From contig CAYIDA010000005.1 in the NCBI GenBank assembly GCA_964362205.1, positions 1 through 64,000 of the forward strand: a stretch of 64,000 nucleotides of DNA, read 5' to 3'. Positions 27,463 to 36,392 of the stretch are shown here, one piece after another; within the stretch, counting starts at the first letter, position 1; the number at the start of each line of letters is the position of its first letter. The stretch comes from an uncultured Gammaproteobacteria bacterium. GTDB taxonomy: Bacteria; Patescibacteriota; Patescibacteriia; UBA11705; JABHMO01. The translations under genes and the position numbers were made by a program. Under the pieces are notes generated by a model. The model ran no database searches, was not told the origin of the DNA, and worked only from the letters and a program-made list of their open reading frames with translations.

Positions 27463-29559
27463 ATGAAAAATACAATTATGAAAAGAAAGATATTTTTAGT
27501 TGTTTTTTTGTTAACCGGTTTTTTGATTTCTAGCACTGTGCTCGCCAGCAGTGATCCTTATTTTCCGAAGCAATGGTACTTGCAAAAAGTTCATGCTCCT
27601 GAAGTTTGGGAAAAAACAAAAGGCAGTTCTTCCATCATTATCGCAGTGCTCGATACCGGAGTTGATGTTGATCATCCTGACTTAAAAGATAATATCTGGG
27701 TGAACAGCGATGAAGTTCCGAATGATGGATATGACAATGATAAAAACGGTTACATTGATGATGTGAATGGCTGGGATTTTGTGCACGATTCAGCCAGCCC
27801 GGCGCCGAAATTGACTTCAAAATATACGGTCAGCGCGGCCAATCACGGCACTTTTGTGGCCGGGATTATTTCCGCTGTGCATGACAATAACATTGGCACG
27901 AAAGGCATAACCGCCAATGTTAAAATAATGCCGCTGGTCGTTCTGGACGCCGAAGGTTATGGCGGTTCAGCGGCGGTGGCGGAAGCAATCAATTACGCGG
28001 TCAATAATGGCGCGGACATTGTTAATTTGAGTTTTGGAGGCAATGAAAAAAGCGCTGATTTGAAAGGCAGTATTACCAATGCGTACAATAAAGGAGTGCT
28101 GGTTGTGGCCGCTGCCGGTAATGCGATTAACGGAGAAAAAACCGGCAAGGACTTGACCAATGCGCCGATTTATCCGATTTGTTATGATCAGGAATTTTCA
28201 AAGAATATGATTTTGGGTGTTCTGGCCACCGACGAAAACAGCAAAGTCACCTCATTCACGAATTACGGTGAAGGTTGCATTGATCTCGCGGCTCCGGGTA
28301 CGGATTTTGTCAGTACAATTTATCAAAATGAACAATTAAGCCAGTTTCAATCATATTATGAAGATGGCTGGAACGGCAGTTCTTTTGCCGCGGCCTTGGT
28401 TTCCGGCGCGGCCGCATTGCTTTTGTCCGCGGACAACTCACTGAAACCGGAAACATTAATAAAAGTTTTAACCGAGGAAAGCGGCTTGTTGTTTCTTGAC
28501 GCGAAATATAAGGATAAGGCCGGTTCCGGTTTGCTTGATATAAAAAAAGCGTTTGATAAAATTTATTCGCCCTCTAAACTTATTAATGAACCGGTGACGA
28601 CAACGATCAATACAACAAACAATCAAAATTTAATTTTAAAAACAAATAAGAACGCGGCCGCGCAACTGTTTGTTTCAACAAAATCCGGCGGTCTCGGTAC
28701 AGTGAATATTTACGATTATCAATTCAAAAAGAAGAATGAACTTTTGGTGATCATGGCCGACGAGTTCAAAGGATTGAATATCACGCTGGCTGACATTATT
28801 CCTGAAGGCAACAAAGAAATCGTGGCCGGCGCGGCGAGAGGAGGGACGCCGTTTGTGCGCGTGGTGGATGTTTACGGCAATATCATCAGCAGTTTTTTGG
28901 CGTTTGACGCGAAATTTAAAGGCGGGGTAAAAGCTGCGGCCGGCGATGTTGATGGAGATGGGAAAATTGAGATAGTGGCAGTGCCTGAATCAGCGTCAAA
29001 TCCAACGGTTAAGATTTTTGATCTGAACGGTACTTTGGAAAAAGAGTTTGTTGCTTATAACATTGATTACAAAGGCGGTATGAACGTAGTTGTCGGAGAT
29101 TTGGATAATGATAAAAAGGCGGAGATTGTGGTCGCGCCGCATCAAGGGATTTTGCCAAAAGTGAAAGTATTTGATAATAATGGAAAATTAAAAAAAGAAA
29201 TTTTGGCATATTCGCCGCAGTTTAGCGGTGGAGTGAATATTGCGCTCGCGGATATTGATAAAAATTCAAAACTGGAAATCATCACCGGAGCGGGTCCTGG
29301 TGGCGGACCGCATGTTCAGGCGTTCGGTTATGACGGTGTAAAACTAGTCAGCTTTATGGCGTATGGTTCAAATATGAAACAAGGAGTGGAAGTAAAAGGG
29401 ATGGATTGGGATGGCGATGGCAGTATGGACATTATCACTGCGCCTGGGCCAGGAGCCGGACCGCATATTAAAATTTTTGATCGTTTTGGAGGTTTTCAGC
29501 AGGAATTTTTTCCATTTTCCTCAACGTTCACTTACGGGATAAATATTGAAGCGAATTAA
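27463..29559 (+). CDS. Secreted subtilisin-like (S8) serine protease with C-terminal FG-GAP/VCBS-like repeats
   Basis: Signal peptide. Asp box DTGVDVDHPDL, His region HGTFVAG and Ser region GSSFAAALVSGAAALL. The C-terminus has repeated GDxDGDGKxEIV units. The ORF opens at TTG 27448; the first ATG is at 27463. Confidence 0.9.
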   Translation: MKNTIMKRKIFLVVFLLTGFLISSTVLASSDPYFPKQWYLQKVHAPEVWEKTKGSSSIIIAVLDTGVDVDHPDLKDNIWVNSDEVPNDGYDNDKNGYIDDVNGWDFVHDSASPAPKLTSKYTVSAANHGTFVAGIISAVHDNNIGTKGITANVKIMPLVVLDAEGYGGSAAVAEAINYAVNNGADIVNLSFGGNEKSADLKGSITNAYNKGVLVVAAAGNAINGEKTGKDLTNAPIYPICYDQEFSKNMILGVLATDENSKVTSFTNYGEGCIDLAAPGTDFVSTIYQNEQLSQFQSYYEDGWNGSSFAAALVSGAAALLLSADNSLKPETLIKVLTEESGLLFLDAKYKDKAGSGLLDIKKAFDKIYSPSKLINEPVTTTINTTNNQNLILKTNKNAAAQLFVSTKSGGLGTVNIYDYQFKKKNELLVIMADEFKGLNITLADIIPEGNKEIVAGAARGGTPFVRVVDVYGNIISSFLAFDAKFKGGVKAAAGDVDGDGKIEIVAVPESASNPTVKIFDLNGTLEKEFVAYNIDYKGGMNVVVGDLDNDKKAEIVVAPHQGILPKVKVFDNNGKLKKEILAYSPQFSGGVNIALADIDKNSKLEIITGAGPGGGPHVQAFGYDGVKLVSFMAYGSNMKQGVEVKGMDWDGDGSMDIITAPGPGAGPHIKIFDRFGGFQQEFFPFSSTFTYGINIEAN

Positions 29560-29563
29560 TTTT

Positions 29564-30019
29564 ATGATTGATGGCGTAAAAATCAAACAATTGAAAAAAT
29601 TCAGCGATGATCGAGGTTTTTTTGCGGAGATTATTAAGTTTGGCGAAGAAACGTTTCATGAGGTGAAACAAACGAGTTATACAGAAACTTATCCGGGCGT
29701 GATTAAAGCTTTTCATTGGCATAAAAAACAGTGGGATATCTGGTTTGTGGTAAAAGGAATGGCGCAAGTGGTGTTGTATGATTTGCGCGATGAATCAAAA
29801 ACAAAAGGCGAAACGCAAGTTGTTTACGCCGGAGAGGACAGTCCGGTCACGATCGCCATTCCGCCGGGTGTGGCTCACGGTTATCGCGTTCTTGGCAATG
29901 AAAAAGTGTGTTTGTTCTATCACACGAGCGAAGCATATGATCCGGCGAGTCCCGACGAAGAGCGGATAGCGTTTGATGATCCGAAAATTAACTTTGATTG
30001 GACAACCAAAAACAAATAA
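29564..30019 (+). CDS. rfbC: dTDP-4-dehydrorhamnose 3,5-epimerase
   Basis: RmlC cupin: FSDDRGFFAEI...HWHKKQWDIWFVVKG...IPPGVAHGYRVL. Confidence 0.9.
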   Translation: MIDGVKIKQLKKFSDDRGFFAEIIKFGEETFHEVKQTSYTETYPGVIKAFHWHKKQWDIWFVVKGMAQVVLYDLRDESKTKGETQVVYAGEDSPVTIAIPPGVAHGYRVLGNEKVCLFYHTSEAYDPASPDEERIAFDDPKINFDWTTKNK

Positions 30020-30166
30020 GGCTACAAATCATGGCTACATATTACAAATCACTACGAATTTACGAATAGAACTAAAACGTATGAAGAGCGAAACGAAAGA
30101 ACAGTCTAAACCGATTTGCCTGCCCGCGCAGGCGGGTAAATTTGTAGTGATTTGTAATTTGTAGCA
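30020..30166. repeat. F2 inverted-repeat leader, copy b. It forms a perfect long hairpin and ends 5 nt before the ATG at 30172.
   Basis: Left arm ggctacaaatcatggctacatattacaaatcactacgaattt. Right arm aaatttgtagtgatttgtaatttgtagcaaac. The centre contains the gcccgcgcaggcggg hairpin. Confidence 0.75.
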
Positions 30167-30171
30167 AACAT

Positions 30172-30747
30172 ATGCAGGAAAAAATAGTTTTCGCGCCATA
30201 TGATCGCATAGTAAAGTTTTTTTTACCGATCATTCCGAAAAAGCTAAAACCGAATCAGCTGACTTTTTTCAGGTTGATATGTTCGCCGTTACTTATCGGA
30301 CTTTTGGAAACAAAAGAATATACGATTGCTTTGATTTTTTTTGCGATTTTGGCGATAACGGACATGCTGGACGGCTCGCTCGCGCGGCTACGCAATCAAG
30401 TCACGGAATGGGGAAAAATTTGGGATCCGATCGCGGATAAATTGTTGATTGGTACAGTGGTCGTGGTTTTGTTACTTAAAATAAACTTGAGTTTAACGAT
30501 TTTTCTTTTGGCTTTTGAATTGGCTTTTGTGCTCGGCGGCGCGTTCCATAAAATCGGGGAAAACGGCAATCACGCCTTGCAGGCCAATATGTGGGGCAAA
30601 ATAAAAATGAATTTACATTGTTTTGGCGCGGGGCTCTTGATTCTGGGGGTTATTATGGATCACAACATGCTGACCTTTGTCGCCGAAATTTTATTTTATC
30701 TCAGCTTGTTGTTCGCGGCCGTAAGTTTAATTAAACGCGGCGTGTAG
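30172..30747 (+). CDS. CDP-alcohol phosphatidyltransferase family protein
   Basis: DMLDGSLARLRNQVTEWGKIWDPIADK (D-x2-DG-x2-AR...G-x3-D-x3-D motif) and TM segments. Confidence 0.8.
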   Translation: MQEKIVFAPYDRIVKFFLPIIPKKLKPNQLTFFRLICSPLLIGLLETKEYTIALIFFAILAITDMLDGSLARLRNQVTEWGKIWDPIADKLLIGTVVVVLLLKINLSLTIFLLAFELAFVLGGAFHKIGENGNHALQANMWGKIKMNLHCFGAGLLILGVIMDHNMLTFVAEILFYLSLLFAAVSLIKRGV

Positions 30748-30890
30748 GTTAGTTGATAATTAACCTAATTATTCTAATTATTTTAATTGACCTAAATAAT
30801 AGCCAAATAACAATAACCAAAAACTATTTTATGTTTGGGATTTCGGAATTCGAAATTATTTAGAATAATTAGAACAATTAGGTCAATTAT
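30748..30890. repeat. AT-rich inverted-repeat leader (family F4: taattagg / cctaatta words), copy b
   Basis: Left arm ttgataattaacctaattattctaattattttaattgacctaaataat. Right arm ttagaataattagaacaattaggtcaattatcg. Sister copy at 251-400. Confidence 0.65.
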
Positions 30891-30931
30891 CGTGTCAGGG
30901 CCAGATCCGTCCTTTGGCGGAGAATAATTTA

Positions 30932-31348
30932 ATGCTTATGTCTTGCTTGTTTTGTGAAATTATCAACAAAGAAATTCCCGCGGAAATCGTTTATGAAGAC
31001 GATTTTGTTTTGGCTTTTCTTGATATCAATCCGGTGAATCCCGGGCACACTTTGGTTGTTCCGAAAAATCATTGCGAAAATTTGTTGGACGCGAGAGAAG
31101 ATGATTTAAAAAAACTAATCGCGATTATCCCGAAAATAGCCAAAGCAGTTATGGCCGGTAGTCAGTCTGAGGCTTTTAATTTGAGTAACAATAACGGGGT
31201 TGCGGCCGGACAAGTGATCCCGCATTTGCATTTTCATGTTATTCCAAGGAGAATTGACGACGGCGTTCATTTGTTCAAAGGAACAGCGAGGGCTAATGAA
31301 GAATTGAGAGCTGATGGGGAGAAGATAAGAAAACTTTTAAGCATTTAA
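30932..31348 (+). CDS. HIT-family (histidine triad) nucleotide hydrolase
   Basis: CLFCEII...NPVNPGHTLVVPK...HLHFHVIPR is the histidine triad motif. The ORF opens at TTG 30914; the first ATG is at 30932. Confidence 0.85.
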   Translation: MLMSCLFCEIINKEIPAEIVYEDDFVLAFLDINPVNPGHTLVVPKNHCENLLDAREDDLKKLIAIIPKIAKAVMAGSQSEAFNLSNNNGVAAGQVIPHLHFHVIPRRIDDGVHLFKGTARANEELRADGEKIRKLLSI

Positions 31349-31383
31349 GCAAAGAAACAAAGCTTAGTTGTTTAAAAAAGAAA

Positions 31384-31409
31384 ATCCCGTCACATGCGTG
31401 TGACGGGAA
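31384..31409. terminator. Rho-independent terminator, mainly for the minus-strand lipoprotein gene (bidirectional)
   Basis: Stem cccgtcaca / tgtgacggg with loop tgcg. The T-run is on the minus side. Confidence 0.7.
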
Positions 31410-31416
31410 ATTGCGT

Positions 31417-32265
31417 TTAAAGAAGAGTAGTCGGTGGACCGAAGATAACGTTTAGTATTGATTCGCCGCGCTCTATGGCACGCAGTTTTTTCGTCAAGTT
31501 ATTGTCATAACAACCGTTTCTAGCGAATTCGTATTCTGCCAGCATCTCATCAATCTTATCAACTTCTTGATAAGGTAAATATTCGCTGTCTGCGTTAGTC
31601 AGGTGAGTAACCAGTTTCGCGTCCAGCGGTTCGTCTAGATAGCAGTGGGAGCCGTCCCAACGCAACTTTTCGCAATTGCCTTCGGCCGGGTCGCTGACGC
31701 GAATTTCTTTTGCTTTGACAATGACTAGCCTGATCGTGTCCTTAGTCAGTTCCAGCATGCTGATTGACCGATCATCGGTTCGCGCGATGATATTGCCAGA
31801 ACCCAAGCTGAGAGATTCTTTGAGAATATCCACGGGATGATCACGGAAAACAACCGTTTCTTGTGAGACGCTTGAACTGCATTTGTCCATACCCGGAATA
31901 CATTCTTTTATGATGGTCTCTCTGACGATTATCTGGGCACTGCGAAAGACATCGTGTGTTCGTACGGATATTGTCATTGTCGGCATTTCAGTTGTTCCAT
32001 CCGGTAGCGGGCGGCTGTTTTCTTTTTCGTATTTTTGATATTCATCGTTTCCAGTGTATTCAGTTTTTTCGTAAACAACCGCTTCCGGAAAATAACGTAT
32101 TGAAAGGTTGCCGCTGGGTTCAATAAATGCGCGTTCTGTTGCCGAGAGAGAAGAAAGTTCAATATCACTCAGCGGATATGATGGGCGCACATAGGATGGT
32201 GTGTTGTACATGCAACCGGTTAAGAAAATTGTGAATAGAACAATAATTTGTATGGTTCTGCGCAT
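31417..32265 (-). CDS. Hypothetical lipoprotein
   Basis: Signal peptide with lipobox LTGC (LFTIFLTGCMY). 282 aa. Confidence 0.75.
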   Translation of the reverse strand: MRRTIQIIVLFTIFLTGCMYNTPSYVRPSYPLSDIELSSLSATERAFIEPSGNLSIRYFPEAVVYEKTEYTGNDEYQKYEKENSRPLPDGTTEMPTMTISVRTHDVFRSAQIIVRETIIKECIPGMDKCSSSVSQETVVFRDHPVDILKESLSLGSGNIIARTDDRSISMLELTKDTIRLVIVKAKEIRVSDPAEGNCEKLRWDGSHCYLDEPLDAKLVTHLTNADSEYLPYQEVDKIDEMLAEYEFARNGCYDNNLTKKLRAIERGESILNVIFGPPTTLL

Positions 32266-32419
32266 TCTGAACCTCCGACAGGAGAACCATTCTCCTTCAA
32301 TATGATATTACATTATTTTTGTCATTGTGTCAAGTGTCATAAAATCGAGACAAAACGATTGACAGCCCAGTGGTTACGTGCTAAGTTGAATTTGAACCCG
32401 AAAGGGAAAGGAGGGAACC

Positions 32420-34657
32420 ATGTCAGATAAAGATAATGTGCATGTCAGTGATGAAATTGGAAACATGTTACTGCTCGACTTTTTGCGCAAGTATCGAGGT
32501 TCTCCGGCCATCAGCACTTTGACAATTCGTGATATTATCCGTTTGTGTCATGAGGTAGAATGTGGAATACATCATCCAAACATTGCAGCAGAGTCAGGAC
32601 ATCCGTGCGTTTGCAGGCAGGATGATTTAGTTTGCGAGGAATCGTTTGAAGTTGAACCTGAACCAGAAACTCAGGATAAGGGTTCTTGGTATTTCAAGGG
32701 ACCAAGCGGATTGACGTACCGCTTCAAAAGTTTTGCCTCGTTGCAGAAGTGGGTAAGAGGGAAGATCAGCGAAGGTCATCCCGAGCATGCTCTTGTTTCG
32801 CCAGATGGAGAGACGTGGAAATTATATGTGGAAGTTGAGAAAAATCTTATTGTCAGCGCCAATTCTGCCATTGAGGCGTTCAAGATGTCGAGAAACATTG
32901 AAGACGATTTTGATTCGGTTGGCGTGGAAGGATCGGGCAAGCCGGATCAGTTGGGCAATATTGGTTTAAGTTTTGATGAACACATGGTTGCAAATGATCC
33001 GTTGTTTAGCCCTGATCGCGCTCCATCTCCTGAATATCAAAGAGAAGCTGAATCAGCGGCCAGATATGCAGAAGCAGATCTTCAGCATCAAGACGGCACT
33101 GGCGCTGTGAGCGTTGTGTCATCCGAGTCTGGCTGTTTCAAAGGCGATCCTGCCAGTTTGGTGAGGAGAACCGAGCCAACGCTAGAACAACCGATTGAAT
33201 CAGAGACAGAACCATCAGTTAAGGAAAATATTCTTTGGAAGTTGAAGGAAACGAGTGGTCAGCATTACAATTTTGTTTCTTTCACTTCTTTGCAAAAGTG
33301 GGTTAGTAATTTACCATACACTGATCTGGCACCTATTTCAATTGACGGCGGAAAAACATGGAAAGCGTATGACGAAGTCATGGCCATTATCAATGCAAGT
33401 AACGGAATCCTCACTCCCATCAAAGCGTTTGACTGTGCTCACGTGATTGAGATAGGTGAAAGGCCAGCTGTTGCAACGGAAATCGTTGAGACAGGGACGG
33501 GCCAGACTTGCGCTTGCGGAACGACTGAAGAAGATTTGAAGATTGCCCCACACTTGTGTGACTGCGGCTGTGGTCAGACAGGCGGATGTAAATTCCCGGT
33601 TGATTCGTCGGGCAAGCCAGAAACGCCGAGAGCTGTTGAGACTGCGTCTGAAGCTGAAGCAGTATCCACTCTCAATGACTATCGTTGGAAATTGATAGCA
33701 CCGGATGGAGTGCTTCATGATTTTTGCACATTAGAGTCTTTGAGTTTGTGGGTAAAAAATTGGGGACTTTCTGGAAAATATTCAATCTCGTCTGACGGAA
33801 ATACGTGGACTGATTATGATGATTTCATGGCTAAGCTTGAACCTGCTGAAGCATTTACACAGGCGGTTGCACCAACAGAAGAAGGTTCAGCTGATTCGTC
33901 AGAGCAGTCGATTGAATTGGATTCGCAGGAAGTTTCTGATGAAACGCCAGGAGAAATGGAGTTGCTTGACGACGAGGTAGTAGAGGCAGATTCAGAGCAA
34001 ACTCCTGACGTCATTGACGAATCGCTTCGCGGTTGTCCGCACGATCCGTTGGCGGAGCAAGAAGTGCCGCGGATAGATTCAGATCAAGCTGATTCATCGG
34101 CCGAAAGTTCAACTCAGCCGGAGACATCAACTACTCCGGTTGTTACTATAGTTAATGAGATAATTTGGAAAGTGAGAGGCGAAAGAAGTGAACGAATTCA
34201 GGAGTTTCCTGGATTTGCCGCTTTGCAGCAGGGAGTGAGCAATCTTCCCGACGCGCCGGATAAGATTTATATTTCACTTGATGGAAAAGAATGGAAAACA
34301 TATGAGCAGGTTCAAAATTTGATAAAAAGTGGTGTTCGGCTTCGTGACGCTTATGAAGTCGCGACTCCAGTACGTTTTCGTAAACCAAGTTTGAACGGAA
34401 TACCAAACGCGGATCTGACAAAATGTGAAATTTGCCGTGACACGGTTGAGCTTTTGACGAGAGAAGATTGCGTGAGCAGAATGATTGTTCCCGTGGCAAT
34501 ACACGGTGGTGTTTTGGTGGTGGCAGTAGCCAATCCTGACGATCTGGAATTGGTTGCGTATCTTGAGAGTAAATATCCGTATTCTATCAGCCGTGTAGAG
34601 GCCGACAGAGAACAGATTCAAGAAGTTTTGGATACAATTTACGAAGAAAAAAGTTAA
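32420..34657 (+). CDS. Acidic multi-repeat protein with four GYF-like ~50-aa modules and a C-terminal T2SS-E N-terminal (GSPII_E_N / MshEN-like) domain
   Basis: RBS AAGGAGGG. Four repeats share W(K/Y)..G......F.SF.SLQKWV......IS.DG.TWK.Y. The C-terminal ~70 aa read LLTREDCVSRMIVPVAIHGGVLVVAVANPDDLELVAYLESKYPYSISRVEADREQIQEVLDTIY, matching the T2SSE_N fold. Confidence 0.8.
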   Translation: MSDKDNVHVSDEIGNMLLLDFLRKYRGSPAISTLTIRDIIRLCHEVECGIHHPNIAAESGHPCVCRQDDLVCEESFEVEPEPETQDKGSWYFKGPSGLTYRFKSFASLQKWVRGKISEGHPEHALVSPDGETWKLYVEVEKNLIVSANSAIEAFKMSRNIEDDFDSVGVEGSGKPDQLGNIGLSFDEHMVANDPLFSPDRAPSPEYQREAESAARYAEADLQHQDGTGAVSVVSSESGCFKGDPASLVRRTEPTLEQPIESETEPSVKENILWKLKETSGQHYNFVSFTSLQKWVSNLPYTDLAPISIDGGKTWKAYDEVMAIINASNGILTPIKAFDCAHVIEIGERPAVATEIVETGTGQTCACGTTEEDLKIAPHLCDCGCGQTGGCKFPVDSSGKPETPRAVETASEAEAVSTLNDYRWKLIAPDGVLHDFCTLESLSLWVKNWGLSGKYSISSDGNTWTDYDDFMAKLEPAEAFTQAVAPTEEGSADSSEQSIELDSQEVSDETPGEMELLDDEVVEADSEQTPDVIDESLRGCPHDPLAEQEVPRIDSDQADSSAESSTQPETSTTPVVTIVNEIIWKVRGERSERIQEFPGFAALQQGVSNLPDAPDKIYISLDGKEWKTYEQVQNLIKSGVRLRDAYEVATPVRFRKPSLNGIPNADLTKCEICRDTVELLTREDCVSRMIVPVAIHGGVLVVAVANPDDLELVAYLESKYPYSISRVEADREQIQEVLDTIYEEKS

Positions 34658-34763
34658 TCGTATTAAACAACCTTGTCTTTCTTAAAGACAGGGTTTTTTG
34701 TTTTAATCGTAGTTATTTAGTGTGAGTTTGCTTCGAGGTTTTCCTGAAGGAAAGTTTGAACAG

Positions 34764-34880
34764 GGAAGGTTGAGGAGGTCAGGAGATCGGCGAAGCCGAC
34801 AAGCCGTTAAGGTTTCTAAAATCCTGTTCATGTCGGAATAGGGTTGGGCATGGGCGGTAAGATGTTTTTGTTTATAAAAC
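34764..34880 (+). repeat. GC-rich structured element family F5, diverged copy 1
   Basis: Begins GGAAGGTTGAGGAGGTC and ends tgtttataaaac. GC-rich in an AT-rich intergenic region. Confidence 0.55.
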
Positions 34881-34894
34881 GTTTAGAGTATAGT

Positions 34895-35074
34895 TCAGCT
34901 GATTTTTTTGTTTAAAAATGGAAGGTTGAGGAGGTCGATAGACCGACGAAACCGACCGCCCGTCAGGGCATCTCAACCCCCTCCACGTCGGAACGGGGAG
35001 GGGGCAGGCTTGCCCAGTACTTGCGCGAAGCAAATAGTGCTGGGGGGTGGGGCGCAGTCCATGTTTATAACACT
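34895..35074 (+). repeat. GC-rich structured element family F5, copy 2 (candidate ncRNA or leader upstream of rfbB)
   Basis: Nearly identical to 52696-52887 over ~170 nt: ggaaggttgagg(a/g)agtcgatagaccgacgaaaccgaccgcccgtcagggca...ggcaggcttgcccagtacttgcgcga(a/t)gcaaatagtgctggggggtgggg. Internal hairpin ttgc-gcgaa-gcaa. A six-frame ORF called here is rejected. Confidence 0.6.
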
Positions 35075-35164
35075 TTGTTTGGAGTCACTTTTTATTGTTG
35101 ACAATCAATTTGCCAGAAATATATTAAACAGGTAAGATATTCTCGATCAAAAGATTACTAAATT

Positions 35165-36211
35165 ATGAAATTACTCGTAACCGGCGGTGCCGGTTTTATC
35201 GGTTCAAATTTCATTCGGCATATTTTGAATAAATATCCGTACTATTTTGTTATTAATCTTGATAAACTGACTTACGCCGGCAATTTGGACAATTTGAAAC
35301 AGTTTGAGAGTCATCCGAATTACAAATTCGTTAAAGGAGATATTCTGAACTCAGAATTAATTGAGCATGTCGCGGCTGATGTTGATATTATTGTTCACTT
35401 TGCCGCTGAGACGCACGTTGATCGTTCGGTTCTTGATCCGTTTTCTTTTGTGAAAACCAATGTCCTCGGCACGCACGTTCTGCTTGAAGCCGCGAGAAAA
35501 TTAGGCAACAAAAGATTTCATCATATTTCCACTGACGAAGTTTTCGGTTCTTTGCCGCTTGAGGATACGCATCGTTCATTTCACGAAGAAACGCCGTATG
35601 ATCCGAAGAGTCCGTATTCATCATCAAAAGCCGCGTCCGATCATTTGGTTCGGGCGTATTATCACACTTATGGTTTGCCGATTACGATTTCCAATTGTTC
35701 AAATAATTATGGACAGTTTCAATTTCCGGAAAAAGTGATTCCGCTTTTCATTACCAATTTACTGGAAGGGAAAAAAGTGCCGCTTTACGGAGATGGAAAA
35801 AATGTACGTGATTGGATTCACGTGGAGGATCATTGCGAAGCAGTGGACGCGATTATTCACAAAGGAAAAATCGGCCATACTTATGTTGTTGGCGCTGATT
35901 GCGAGAAAACAAATTATGAATTGACCATGACGATTTTGAAACATTTGGGACATGGCGAAGAAATGATTGAATTTGTGAAAGACCGTCCGGGCCATGATCG
36001 CCGCTATGCTATGCGTTCGCACAAAATTCAGGCAGAACTCGGCTGGAAACCGAAATACAATTTTGAAGATGGTATGCGCCAAACCATTGATTGGTATGTG
36101 GCAAACAAAGATTGGTGGCAGAAAGTGAAGTCAGGGGAGTATTTGAAATATTATGACGAGTGGTACGGAAGTCGGCTACAAATTACGAATCGTACAAATG
36201 TTACAAATTGA
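35165..36211 (+). CDS. rfbB: dTDP-glucose 4,6-dehydratase
   Basis: MKLLVTGGAGFIGSNF... SDR-family with YxxxK. 348 aa. The last ~12 codons are encoded by the left arm of an F2 repeat. Confidence 0.95.
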   Translation: MKLLVTGGAGFIGSNFIRHILNKYPYYFVINLDKLTYAGNLDNLKQFESHPNYKFVKGDILNSELIEHVAADVDIIVHFAAETHVDRSVLDPFSFVKTNVLGTHVLLEAARKLGNKRFHHISTDEVFGSLPLEDTHRSFHEETPYDPKSPYSSSKAASDHLVRAYYHTYGLPITISNCSNNYGQFQFPEKVIPLFITNLLEGKKVPLYGDGKNVRDWIHVEDHCEAVDAIIHKGKIGHTYVVGADCEKTNYELTMTILKHLGHGEEMIEFVKDRPGHDRRYAMRSHKIQAELGWKPKYNFEDGMRQTIDWYVANKDWWQKVKSGEYLKYYDEWYGSRLQITNRTNVTN

Positions 36212-36347
36212 CCAAGACTGTATATTTTGTTCTAAATGATTTTTCGACTGCTTTTTCCTAACTGATAAGCCTGTTCTTCCGTTCTTTCGTTTAAAGTTTT
36301 TTATGTAGAAATTCGTAGATTCGTAGCCAATTCGTAATTGGTAGCCC
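36174..36347. repeat. F2 inverted-repeat element, copy c. Its left arm overlaps the rfbB 3' end.
   Basis: cggctacaaattacgaatcgtacaaatgttacaaatt ... gtagaaattcgtagattcgtagccaattcgtaattggtagccc. The centre holds ccgttctttcgtt words. Confidence 0.7.
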
Positions 36348-36392
36348 TTGTTTATTGACAATAAAAACCCCATGGTGGGGAAAGGAGGTTCA

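Noticed and set aside
34908-35135. ORF in the F5 element (and its paralogue ORF 52719-52919)
   Set aside because: The two 'proteins' share only the R/P-rich part that derives from the repeated GC-rich DNA. They diverge where the DNA diverges, and there is no RBS. They are explained as non-coding repeats.
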